From assembly GCA_001724265.1 (NCBI GenBank), contig MEDY01000076.1:1-64000 (forward strand): a stretch of DNA of 64,000 nucleotides, given 5' to 3'. How positions within the stretch are numbered: the first letter of the stretch is position 1; every line of letters begins with the position of its first letter. Source of the DNA: Rhizaria sp. SCN 62-66. Lineage: Eukaryota. The notes below the pieces were generated by a model. That model ran no database searches. It saw nothing but the letters and a program-made list of their open reading frames with translations, and had not been told where the DNA came from. Shown here piece after piece: positions 1 to 12,300 of the stretch. The translations under genes were made by a program, and so were the position numbers.

Positions 1-278
1 TGGACTATTTCGCTCGTAGTGAAATAGAAAAGTGCGCACCAAGGCGCGAAAATCGCGGAAAACACGTTTTTTCATAAACCTCTACATCAGGGGTACGTAG
101 TATGTTATCATTATCATCATCAACCATCCACAAGAACAAAAGCTCTCACAACGTGGACATAAATTGTTGATAAAAACACATCATCACAACCGTTACAAAC
201 CAACTTCGAGCAGCAAAGCCACCACTTCGACCATCAGCACCAAGTACTACTGCGATCTATCAGGCGAGACTTCCTTTC

Positions 279-2675
279 TTAGAGCTTGCACTCGAGGCCG
301 ACGTACTTGGCCGCGGCGGCGGGCGCGTAGGCCGCGGGCACAGGGGCCACAGCGTTGATGCCGGCCGCAGCGAAGGCGGTCTTGTAGGCCGCGTACTCGG
401 CCTCGGCGCGCTTGGCAACCTTCTCGCCCGTGAAGCCGAAGTGGTCGTACAGCTGCGGGGTGGGGGCGGACTCGCCGAACGACGTCATGGCCACGGAGGC
501 GTGCGCGTAGCGGTCCCAGCCCTGCGCGGCGGCGGCCTCGACCGAGACGACAAAGGCGCCGGCGGGCAGCACGGAGGCACGGTACGCAGTCGTGGTGCGG
601 TCAAAGAGCTCGAGGCAAGGCGCGGAGACGACAGCGACGGAGGAGAAGGCGGAGCCAGCGTTGGCGGCGACCACAGCGGCGGCCTTGAGCGCGACCTCGA
701 CCTCAGAGCCCGTGGCGATGAGTACGAGCGGCACGGCGCCGGCGGCGGGGGTGGTGGATACGGTGTAGGCGCCGTCCATGACCTTGGCGGCGGCCGACGT
801 GGGCAGCGAGGGCAGGTTCTGGCGGGAGAGCGCGAGCACCGAGGGGCCCTTGAACTGCACTGCGACGGCGTAGGCGCCGGCGACCTCGTTGCCGTCGGCA
901 GGGCGCAGCGTGAGCAGGTTGGGCATGGCGCGGAGCAGGTTGAGCGCCTCGACGGGCTGGTGGGTGGGGCCGTCCTCGCCGAGCCCGATCGAGTCGTGCG
1001 TCATCACGTAGATCTGGTGGTGGCCAGACAGCGCACTGAGGCGAACGGCACCGAGGGCGTACTCGATGAAGTTGAGGAAGGTCGCCGTGAAAGGGATGAA
1101 GCCGCCGTAGGCCGCGAGCGCGTTGCCGATGGCGGCCATGGCGTGCTCGCGGACGCCGAAGCGCAGGTAGCGGCCCGCGCGGTCGGCGGGGGAGTAGTTG
1201 CGCGAGCAGTTGAGCCACGTCTTGTTCGAGGGGGTCAGGTCGGCGGAGCCGCCAACAAGCTCGACGAGCGTGGGGGCGAGCGCGTTGAGCACGAGCCCGC
1301 TGGTGTTGCGCGTCGCGTCGGCCTTGGCAGTGGCGGGGTAGACGGGCAGGAGAGACTGCCAGTTGGCGGGGAGGTCACCGGCCATGCGGCGGGTGTACTC
1401 GGCGTGCTCGGCGGGGTACTTAGCCGCGTACTTAGACAGCATCTCGGTCCACGCGGCCTCGGCGGCGGCGCCGCGGGTCAGGATGCCGGTGTAAACCTCG
1501 CGGACCTTGTCGGCGATGACGAAGGACCTGAAATCAATAAGAACAAATATACATCATACAAAATGTTAGAATACACAAATAAACAGTTCTTTTTCTTATA
1601 TATATAGCATTTGGTTGTTTCATGCCAAGAAATGTTCATATCTTTAGACGTACTCTGCGGGGTTAAAGCCGAACTTCTCCTTGACGGCGGCGATATCCTT
1701 AGCGCCGAGCGGAGAGCCGTGAACCTCCTCCGTGCCCTCCTTGGCGGCGGCGTAGCCGATGGTGGTCTTAAGCACGATGATCGACGGGCGGTCGCTCTCG
1801 GCCTTGGCGGCATCGATGGCGGCGAACATGGCGGGCAGATCGTGGTTGCCGTCGGCGACGGTCTGGACGTGCCAGCCCATAGCAGCGAAGCGGGCGGGCA
1901 CGTCCTCGGTGAAGGCGAGCTCGGTGTGGCCGTCGATCTGGATGTTGTTGTCGTCGTAGAGGACGATGAGGCGGCCAAGCTTCATGGTGCCGGCGAGGGA
2001 GATGGCCTCAGCGGCGACACCCTCCTGTTTTAGTAATACAGAAACAAAAATAAAGAAGGAAAATAAATACATGGTGAGTCAACAGTGAGAAATATACATA
2101 AGTACCGACATGACAGATCTAAATACCAAACTAATATCTCCTGGAAGAAAGTTAACGCCGAGATATCTCGTGTTTTGAGGACGCACCTGGAGGCAGCCAT
2201 CGCCGCAGATGGCGTAGGTGAAGTGGTCCGAAACCGGGAACTCGGGCTTGTTGTACACGGCCGCGAGGTGCGACTGCGCAATGGCAAAGCCAACAGCGTT
2301 GGCAATGCCCTGGCCGAGGGGACCCGTGGAGACCTCGATGCCGGGGGTGCGGAACGACTCGGGGTGGCCGGGGCACTTGGAGCCGAGCTGGCGGAACGAC
2401 TTGAGGTCGTCGAGCGAGACGTCATAGCCGGAAAGGTGCAGCAGAGTGTACTGCAGCGCGCAGGCGTGGCCGTTGGAGAGCACAAAGCGGTCGCGGTTGT
2501 TCCACTTCGGGTTCTTCGGGTTGGCCTTGAGGACGGAGGAGAAGAGCGCGTGGCCGATGGGCGCGAGGCCCATGGGAGCGCCGGGGTGGCCGGAGTTGGC
2601 GGCCTGAACCATCTCGGCAGCCACGACACGGATCGTGTTGACGCAAAGCTTGTCGTCGGCGTTCTGGATAGACAT
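279..2675 (-). CDS. TKT: Transketolase, 3 exons (2675-2187, 2024-1654, 1527-279), ~702 aa
   Basis: Motifs [48 protein letters not shown] and [22 protein letters not shown] introns join the frames. Stop is TAA. Confidence 0.97.
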
Positions 2676-3356
2676 GATAAGAGTCGCCCCGCTGCAGTAC
2701 ATAGACGGTGAACGTTGTGAATTGTGTCAATCAAGAGAAAATGCGGAGGAAGAGGGTGGTGAGATTCGTTGAGCGTGATGCTAAGGGTCGATGCGACAGA
2801 AAGTGGTATAACACATCACGACCAAGTTTATTTGGCAATCTCAACTACCATAGTAGAGATATTCTCGGTGTATATCGTCACATATCTCTTTTCATGGCAT
2901 CTATCGTCTCAGACGCATGATATGGACTACGAAACTCTGTGCATTTTCGTCCGATGACCACGCTGTCGTCGCAGACCGCAACCAGGCGTTTTTTTGCGAA
3001 CCGCCGCCAAACGACCAAACCGCGTGAAAGTTGAGGTTGGGGGGAGGAGAGGATAGTATCACGTCCTGTTCTCTATTCCCTCCAGAGAGAATAGCGGTTC
3101 AACAATGTGCTCTAAATGAAGAGTGCATTTTCAATATATAGAGCTTAGTCTTTCTACTCCTGGCGAATGGCAATGCTTTCAATATCTTGCGTAAACTTTC
3201 CCATTTGTCATGACCAGCACCACTACGTCCTTCGTTTCATTCAGTCTCACTTCTGATCTACAACATTGATCCCGACAACAATAGCGCTTACAAGCGTACC
3301 TTACACAAGACTTCCTACCTTAGCAGACACTTTCTGTGTCTTAACAGACCAAGACA

Positions 3357-6300
3357 ATGGCGACGTTCTCCCACTCGAATGACCTGGTGGACGCGCTCGC
3401 CGAAGAGCGGGCGCGTAACCGCACCGAGGGCCGGTCTGAGATCCGTGCCCTCACGCTTTTGCTATGCCCCAAGTGCCAATTCTGCGAGTTTCCGGGCTGC
3501 TCCACCCATGACTCGATCCTCAACGCGCCCAAGACGAACAAGGCGACGCGCTGCTACGCCTGCAACATCAAGAACCTCGACTCCGCCAGCGGTGCGTCCA
3601 CCGACATGTCTGCGCCGTGGAACAAGGCGTGCATCACCTGCCACGACGCGCGCGCTATGCCGCGGCTCGTGCTGACGGACTTTGACACCGTGCAAGGCAT
3701 CGTGCACGGCCTCGCGCGCAGCACGCTGGGCCCCACGAAGCGCGAGCCTGAGATGCTGCCGGACTCGTGCTCGGCCCAGCTGCTCGTGTGCCGCGACTGT
3801 ACCATGTGCATGCCCATTCTCACGCCCTCGGGCAAGTTCGCGCTGCCCGGTATGCGCATCGCGCCCGCGAGCGCGATCACGCTCGACAGCAGCAGCAACA
3901 CCAACCACACCAACCACGAAGCTCATGATGACGACGATGACGACGAGGACGACGGTCACCACGCCAGTGAGGCTGAGGCGAACGCTGACAACGACGACGA
4001 AGACGAGGACGGCGAAGCTGTGAAGACCGCTCGCAAGGGCAAGAAGGGCTCTCTCAAGGGCAAGAAGTCCAAGCACAACAGCAGCAGCAGCCGCGGCAGT
4101 CATAAGGCCAAGAAGGCGCCCTCTGCTTCTGCTAGCCACTACCTGACCTTCACAGATTGCGTGGACGCGACCAAGAAGGCGATGAAGCACCCGCTGCTGT
4201 GCCCGTCCCGCGCGGACCAGTTCGAGGTTATCCCCGTCAAGTTCACCACCAGTGAAGTGACCTATCTGACGAGCGCGTACCGCACCACGCTGACTGCCAT
4301 GTCCGACGCCATTCTGAAGCTCCGCAAGCCTAAGGACGGCGCCAACGCGCTTATCCACGCCACCGGCGGCGGCGAGCACGATGTCATTGCGGACGATGAT
4401 AGCGATAGCACGGGCAAGGACAAGGGCAAGGAGGACAGCTACAAGAGCCTCTGGGTGACGCACCCCGACGTCGACTCGCAGCGCCTCACTGCGGCCTCAG
4501 TCTCGCCGGCCACGCTGGCGGCCGACGCCGCACCCGTGACTGCGTACAACACCGACGCGCCCTTGCTCCCGGGCTCCGAGATCGCGGTCAAACTGGACGA
4601 AACCAACGCCTTTTCGGCCCCCAGCGCCGGCGAGAGCGCGCCGGACAGCCGGTACACTCTGGCCGGCCCGCTGACGCGGCACCCGTACCCGCTGTGGACG
4701 GCGCGCGCGTTTGTCGGCCACTTCGGCGACCCGTACCTGAAGGACACCGAGCTTGAGGGCGGGCGCACCAGTGAGTCGATCGAGTTCATGCTGCACTACC
4801 TGCGCAAGGTCGCCGACGCGCACAAGCACACGCTTGGCGACGCAGCCGTCGCGGCCGCCGGTAAAGTCGCCAAGCTACTGATGGACTCGCTAGACACCGC
4901 GCGCGGGCTCAGTACCACGGCGAACTTATCCGCGAACGTGAAACCGGAGAACACGGTCGAGACGCTGCGGCGCTACGGCCTGCCAGCGCGTGTCGCCGCG
5001 GCCGCGAGTGTGCCCCGCGACAACGAGCTGAGCCGCAAGGTGAGCGCGGACGACATCGCGGCGCTCAACGCTGTGGTGTGGGATGCGCGCCGGCTCAACG
5101 ACGCCTCGATGGCGTCCGCGAGCAGCACCGAGACGGAGAGCCAGAGCATCGACGCCGTGCTCGTCAATATGTACTTCACGCACCAGAGCACGGCGTCCGA
5201 CAGCAATGTGCCGCTGACGCACCGCATGCTGTACCAGACCGTGCTGGGCCACATGGACAAGCTCGCCGTGCTGCCGCCCGGCGGCGTCTACGTCTTCCCC
5301 GGCGGCTACCGCGGACCCTCTGGCGGCCACGCGGTCATGCATGCGGTCATCCGCGGTCGCGATGACAACGTCCCCGCCGGCGCTGCACTGAAAGACGGCA
5401 CGGTGAGCGCCGGCACGGGCACCAAGGCGGACTCGTTCGACCTCATCGTGTGCAACACCGGCGACGGGCTGAGCTTCCACCCCTGCAAGCCCAACGAGCG
5501 CAAGATCAAGTACGTCACGGCGCTCTGCCTCAACAACATCCCGCGCAAGCGCATGCTTGTTGACACTTTCTGGTCGGTGTACTTCACCTCGATCACGCAA
5601 GTCGCGCAACCTTTCTCCGCGCGCCGGCTCTACGAGGCGTTCCTGCCCGTTTTGACTGGTGCACGCGTCAGCAAGAGCTTCACGCTGGAGCCTGCGCAGC
5701 TGCACGGCGTATACCGCACGCAGCAGCGCGCCGGCACCTGCTTCCACCGCTGCGTCATCGACATGACGCGGTACCTCCTCGCGCTGCACGGCGTGTCGCA
5801 CCTCAAGTGGAAGGACTTTTCCTATCTTTTCCGCCTTGAGATCCTTCGCGACACCCTCGCCGACCTGACCGTCTCGCCCACGATCGCCGACGCCGCCGCC
5901 GTGCCGCTGATGCGTCTCGCGGCGCGGCAGACCGCGCGCGCTGCGCTCAAGACACCCCGGTCGGCGGGTGAGCTGGAAGAGGTGCGCGTGCTTGTGCTGG
6001 GGCTGGAGCGCGCGCTGGCGGCGCTGCCGGTGCCGGCGACGTCGCAGGGCGGCAGCAACTACCTCTCTGCGGCCGCGGCCGAGATCGCATTCGAGGCCGC
6101 CAAGAAGGACGCGCTCGTGCATCTGCCGCAGCTCGCGAGCACGCTGTCGGACGCGGTTACGCTGTCGCGCACTGGGAGCTCCGTTGCCGCCGTCGGCGGG
6201 GCCAAGGCGGGCAAGCGGGTCGTTTCGAGCGCGGTCGGCGGCGTCGCCGGTGCGATCTCGTTCACACTGCCTCCCAATGATCTTGCCGGGGGCGGGAAAA

Positions 6301-9300
6301 AGAAGAAGAAGGGCAAGAAGGGCGGCAAGGCGGCTAAGAAGGACACTACCGAGAGTGATGCCAACAACACCAGCTCTGACGATATCGCCGCGAGTCTGGC
6401 CATCTCGTCTGCGTTTGGGGGCGACAACACCAGTGCCGCTGTGAAGTCTAGCCGCCCCCGCGCGGCTGTGCCTGGCATCACGTTTGATTTGCCTCCTGTC
6501 GACAATGAGAGCGAGAGCGGCTTCGACAGCGATGATGACGACGATGATGATGACGATGAGGCTGACGAGATCGTTGCCGCGAACGACGATGACGACGCGT
6601 GTGTGTACGACTTTGACGCCTCGCTCTCCCTCACCGTCCCTGACTCGAGCAACACGCTGGGCCCTAGTGTGCTCTTGCGTGGGCAGTCTCTGCAGCGCAC
6701 GGGGTCTTACGACGCGGTGACGCCGGCGTCTGACCCCGAGCTCCACGCCGCCTTCATGGCCGCCTCCGGCGCCTACGACTCCCTCTCCGCGTCTGACATC
6801 AGCAACATCATCAGCGACGACAAGAATAGTGCCAACATCGCCAGCCTGGTCGAGGCTGACCGTGCGAGCGCGACGGCGCTGCTCCGTGCACACGGTCCCT
6901 CCGAGGGCGACCTCACCGACCTCCTGTTGCCGCCACGCTCGCTGTCCGAGCTGCCGGCGCCGTCGCAGAAGCTCGTCTACCTGCCGCCGCAGCTCGGCGC
7001 CAAAGCGACCGTGAGCGGCGCGTGGGCGCTGCACCGCGGGTTCGACGCGTTTGCGCGCAGTCACGCCAAGGTCGTCGCCGCGCTGGCGGGCGGAGAGAAG
7101 AAAGGACAGGTGCATGAGGCGCCGAACACGGTCACCAGTATGGTTGTGACCGCCGGTGACCGTGAGAGCGCTACTAATGACGGCGCCAATACGGTTAGTG
7201 CTGCTGCAACGACGGCGGTCAGTACTGGACGTGACGGTAATATTGCTGCAAAGCTTAACGCTCGCTACAAGGACGCCCTCGCCGAGCTTGAACGCCTCAG
7301 TATCACTCTGAACCGCTTTATCGAAGTTAACACTGTCGCTGCGCGCATTCAGGCGGTGCAGTACGCGTCGTACATTATCACAACGCGTCTCCCGTTGCCG
7401 AAGACTCTCCGTGAGCGTGGCCTTGACGTGCTTCCGTCGAATGACTCCTCCGCCAAGTCTGGCGACAGCAGCAGCAGCAGCAGCAGCAGCAAGTCTCTCT
7501 GTGGCGACAACGCCGTCTCAGCAGCTGATGCCGCCGCGCCGGTCCGCGAGCGCAAGCACGTGTGCGCGTGGCAAGACGTCACGCGCACCCGCTCCGAGGT
7601 CATCGATGCGCTCAACGTCCTCACGGGCGTGGCGGGCAAGATCTTCCTCGCGCTCAACTCGGTCGGCCACGCGCACTCGCAGGGCAGCTCCGAGGCCGAG
7701 AGCACCAACGCGGTGATGCTCGCCGCGCTCTTTGCGATGGGCGACGCGGCGATGCGCGTGCAGACCACCAAGGTGGGCGGCCACCTCGCCGACTCGGCCG
7801 CCGCGGCCGCCGACGCGCTGGACTCGCCCTGGCGCCTGATCCTCGAAGGACTGCACTCTGGCTGCACTGGCATCGCGTCGATCCCGCTCACGCTCGACAA
7901 CGGGCTCTGCGCTGACACGCTGACCGCGAACCTGCCTCTGCTCACGCCGGAGACCGCGATCACCCGCGCCTGTGTGCTGGCGTACCTCAAAGAGCGTGAC
8001 GCGCGCGCAACAGTGCCTTTGTTCCCCACGACGGGCATTGAGCAGACGACCGAGGTGTACCGCCTCTACGGCCGCATTATCGGCGCGCCCACCAAGGTCG
8101 GCGGGCAGTCGATGAGCGCGCTCAAGGCGGCCCGCGAGCGCATGGTGTGCGAGGTCAAGGACGCCGCGACGTGTGAGAGCACGGGCGTGGAGATGGTCAA
8201 TTACCGCGATCTGTCCTTTTTCGCGCGCGCCGCTCTGCTGTCGACGCAGGCGCGCTGTGCGCTCATCTCGCAAAAGATGTGGCCGCTGCTCTCTTCGAAC
8301 CTCGTGCCGAGCTGGCGCTGGTTCAGCATCAACGAGTCGGACTCCAACCTCATCGTCATTTCCTGCTCCATTTTCTCCGTCACGGTGCCGTTCTCGCTCT
8401 CAGCGCAGGGCGACGGTCCGCGCGCGTCCCGCGCCAGCCCCAACTACTACCTCACACCGCTGGCGCCGCGCGAGAGCGTGCTCAAAGACGCCATCACGGC
8501 CGCCGAGAACCCCGACGGCAGTGGCGTGACCCACTTAGACGGCACCCCGCTGGTACTTACATCGACCCTGCTGCTCGGCCCCGCCAAGGGCCACGCGATC
8601 AAGGCCCACGGCGGCTACGCCAAGCGGTTCTCCGACGAAACCGGCGCAGTGCTGCGCGGCCCGACCCCGCACCGGACGCAGGAGCTGCCTTTCTCGCGCT
8701 CCCGCATGCCAGGCGAGGCCGAGGCGGACCCGGAGCTGGCGCTCGTCCTCGATGAGATGGAGGCCAGCGCGCTTCCCCCGCTCAGCACGCTGCCCGAGAC
8801 GTTCACGATCGGCGCGCTCACCCAGAGCTCTGGATCTAGTAGCTCTAGTCCTGGCGCTGGTGCGCCTGTCATGGACCGGAACCGTGGTTTCATCACCAAG
8901 GCCGACTTCGACAGTGCCCTCTGGGTCGACCTGCCCGAGCGCCACGTGCTCACGGCCTCCTCGCTCCCCACGTTCGCCCACTTGCTCAACGCCGACTCGT
9001 CGCGCATGGTCATCTCCGCGCTCGCTGAGCCCTACCTACGCATCCCACTGCTGCTCGCGCGGTTTGTCGACGGCGCCAAGAGCAGCTGGCTGCACAGCCA
9101 CCCGCTGCGCGAGCTGCTCCACGCCGTGCTGTTCGAGCCCGGGCGCTTCCAGTCGCCACACGCCTTCTCGCTTGCGCTTACCCACGCGCCCGCGCACCCG
9201 TTCCGCCTCGGTACGCCCCACGGGCTGCTGCTGAACGAACTCTTCAACGCGCCTGAGGCCACGCTCTTACCGCTGTGCGCCATCTTCGACGCCGTCGCTG

Positions 9301-12300
9301 CGCCGCTGCCTGCCGCCAACGCGCTTCTCTCGGTCGCCACAGCGAAGAATGTCTCTGGCAGTGCTGCTAAGGGGTGCGGCTTGACTTTATCCGGCGTGAT
9401 TTCCGATGCCTGGAACGGCGCTACTGCAAGCGCGAGCGCGACCAGCAGCGGCAACGCCGCTAGCGTTGTCGGCATCACGAGCGGCACACTGAGCGTCACC
9501 GACGCCGGTCTCGTGCTGCCGACTGTGTCGACCGTGGCCGCGTTCATGTTCGCCGTGCGCACAATTGCGCGCATCGTGCAGTTCGCCAAGTGGGCGCAGA
9601 AGCAGCAGCAGGACAAGAGCGACGTCCTGGCCGGCTTGACCTCCGCGCTCCAGACCCGCCTAGTCGGCGTCGCCGTGCCCATTCTGCTCCGCTGGCGCGA
9701 GAGCGTACTCGCCAGCGCGACCCGCCGCTCGCAGATCTCATCCGCGCGCTCCTCTGCCGCCAGTGCCGCGGCCACGACCGCTGCCGAGAGCCGCTCCGGT
9801 GGCTCGAAGACCGGTGCGGCGGGCGATGTCAGCGCTGAGGACAGCGCTGCCGCGGCTGCCAGCGCTGCGGCTGCGGGCACGGTGACCGCAACCCCCGCGG
9901 CGCAGCTCACGGTCTCCGAGCGCCACCTGGTTACCGCGCTGCACTGCCACATCGCGCTCGCTCTTGCCGCTCTGCCCTCCTCCAGCGACGCCGTCACGAG
10001 CGCTGAGGAGACGGCGGCGGCTGTGAGCGACAATGCGTTTACCGGAGACTCGCTTTTCTCGGTCCACCCGCGCGGCATGACCGCGCCGCAGCTCGCTTTG
10101 TTCCTCGGCTCTGTGGCCTTCGCCTCGGTTTGGGGCCGCGACAAGGACATCCAGGCCGACGACAACCTCGCCACGGCCGTCTCCAAGGCCTTCGCTGAGG
10201 CGGGCTCGGGCGATGGCGCCGGCGTAGGCGAGGAAAACGACAACGGTGAAGAGGAAGAGGATGAGGATGACGAGGAGAGCAAGCAAACCGCTAGCGACGC
10301 CAGCAACGCCGCCAGTGCTGCGGCCGCGCTCGTCGCCGCCCAGGCTGCCGAGGAGCTTGCTCTGGCGTCGCAGCAGCAGGCACTCGCTTCCCCCATGTCC
10401 CCCGGCTTTAGCTCCAGCACGAACGGCATCCCCGCGAACAGCTCTGCCAACGGCGCCGCGGCGACTGGCAAGGCCAAGACCGCTAGCATCAGCGCGAGCA
10501 GCGCGGCGTTAATGGGCGCTGGCACGGTCAAATGGGAGTCCATTGTGCCGCAGTGCGTCGCCGACGCGTGGACCGCGCTCACGCAGCTGCGGTCAGCCGT
10601 CTACGCGACGCTGTCGAGCTCGCTTAAGGGCGACGCCGCCGCCAGCGTCAAGGCGAGTGTGGTGCTCAATGCGGCCGTCGCGATCGCCCGCGGCGAGGAC
10701 CCCCTCCTCATCACGAGAAACAGCGGCGGCAACAGCGCCAACGCTGACGGAAGCAGTTACGATGATGCTGCAGCTGTGAAGTGCGAGTGGGTGATCAACA
10801 GTCGCGACAGCGCCACCGAGACTGCGGCCGCGAGTGGGGATAGCTCTAATGACAACGACAACAGCTCCGCCGACCCCGCTGCGTTCACCCACTCGGCGTC
10901 TGGCCTTTCGTTCTCGCTCACGACGACCCTCGTGTCGACGGGCAACCACTCGGTGACGCCCGTGTCGCCGTCGATCATGGCGCACCGCCACGTCACCACG
11001 GTGCTGGGCTCGCACATGCTCATGGTCATGCAGAAGTCCGCCACCACTGCGGTCACCGTGTCCACGGTGTTCGGACAGGGCGCGACCATCGAGCACTGGG
11101 AACCCTTCTCCGTCGCGCTCGCCTCGGTCGCGCTCAACGGGGGCAGCGACGACGCCGAAGACGGCGATGAAAGCAAGAAGCCGAAGAGGATTCCCCGCCT
11201 CGCGATGCAGCCCGCTCCCATCTACAAGCCCGTCGTCGACGGCAAGTCTGCCGGCACTGCTGCTGACACTGATGCTGGTACCGTGGTCGGCTACGAGTAC
11301 AACAGCGTGCGCTACACGCGCGCGTACGGCACGGAGCCGCTCGCCGAACACGAGGCCTGGGTCGCGCTGCTGCTGGAGCCCTTCTTCGCGGACCTCTTCG
11401 ACCGGCGCCAGAACCTTTCCTACACCTGCCTGCTGCCCGAGCGCCCGCTGACAGCGCGCGCGGGTACGGTGACGCTGCTGTCGTGCGATGAGAGCGGCAC
11501 CGGCGACGGCGCGGTCTCTGGCGCGCCCGTGTGGCGCCTCATGGTGGTGAACCGGTCCCGTGGCAACATCGAGCTCTTCACGCTCGCGGACCACGCGCGC
11601 GTCATGTACCCGGTGCCGATCTTCACCACGCACGGCGCGCACTCGCTGTCATCGTTCGAGATTGCGCTCGCGGGGCCTGCCGCCTCGGTCAACTACGCCT
11701 TCGGCGGCAGCTCCACGGACCTCACCTCCGCGCTGGGCTACCAGTTAACGGGCACGGAGCTCTCTGCGAACGCCAAGGGCATCATCAACCTCGCGACGCC
11801 CTCCGCGGCGACCGTGGTCATCCGCAGTGCGGCCCCGCGCCCCGCCGCGCCGGCGCTGCAGCGGTCCGTGCTGTTTGCACCCGTCGGCGAGCAGGTCGTC
11901 GTGCCGAGCTACCTCCTCAACGGCATTCTCCCGCGCGCTCTGCTCACCGGTTTCACCTACTGGCTGTCTCTGCGCGACCACACGCTGCGCGGCCACCCCA
12001 ACGCCAGCGCCAGCGCCGGCGCCGCGGGCTCCGGCTCAGACGGCTCCGGCTCTGGCAGCGACAGCGGCGACGGGCGCTTTGCGGTGCTCGTCAAACCCGT
12101 CAAGTTACCGCGCCACTGCGGCGACGTCTACGACGGCAAGCACCCGACGCTGCAGCCGCACTGCGCCGAGTCCGCCACCGAGCGCGCGCTCGAAGCGCTC
12201 GCCGCGCTGGGCCGCTACGGCGGCTTGATTTACCGCACGCCGCTGCCCGCCGACGTCATCAGCGACGTGCGCTCCGCGGCCGACGCCGCCGCGTTGGCGA

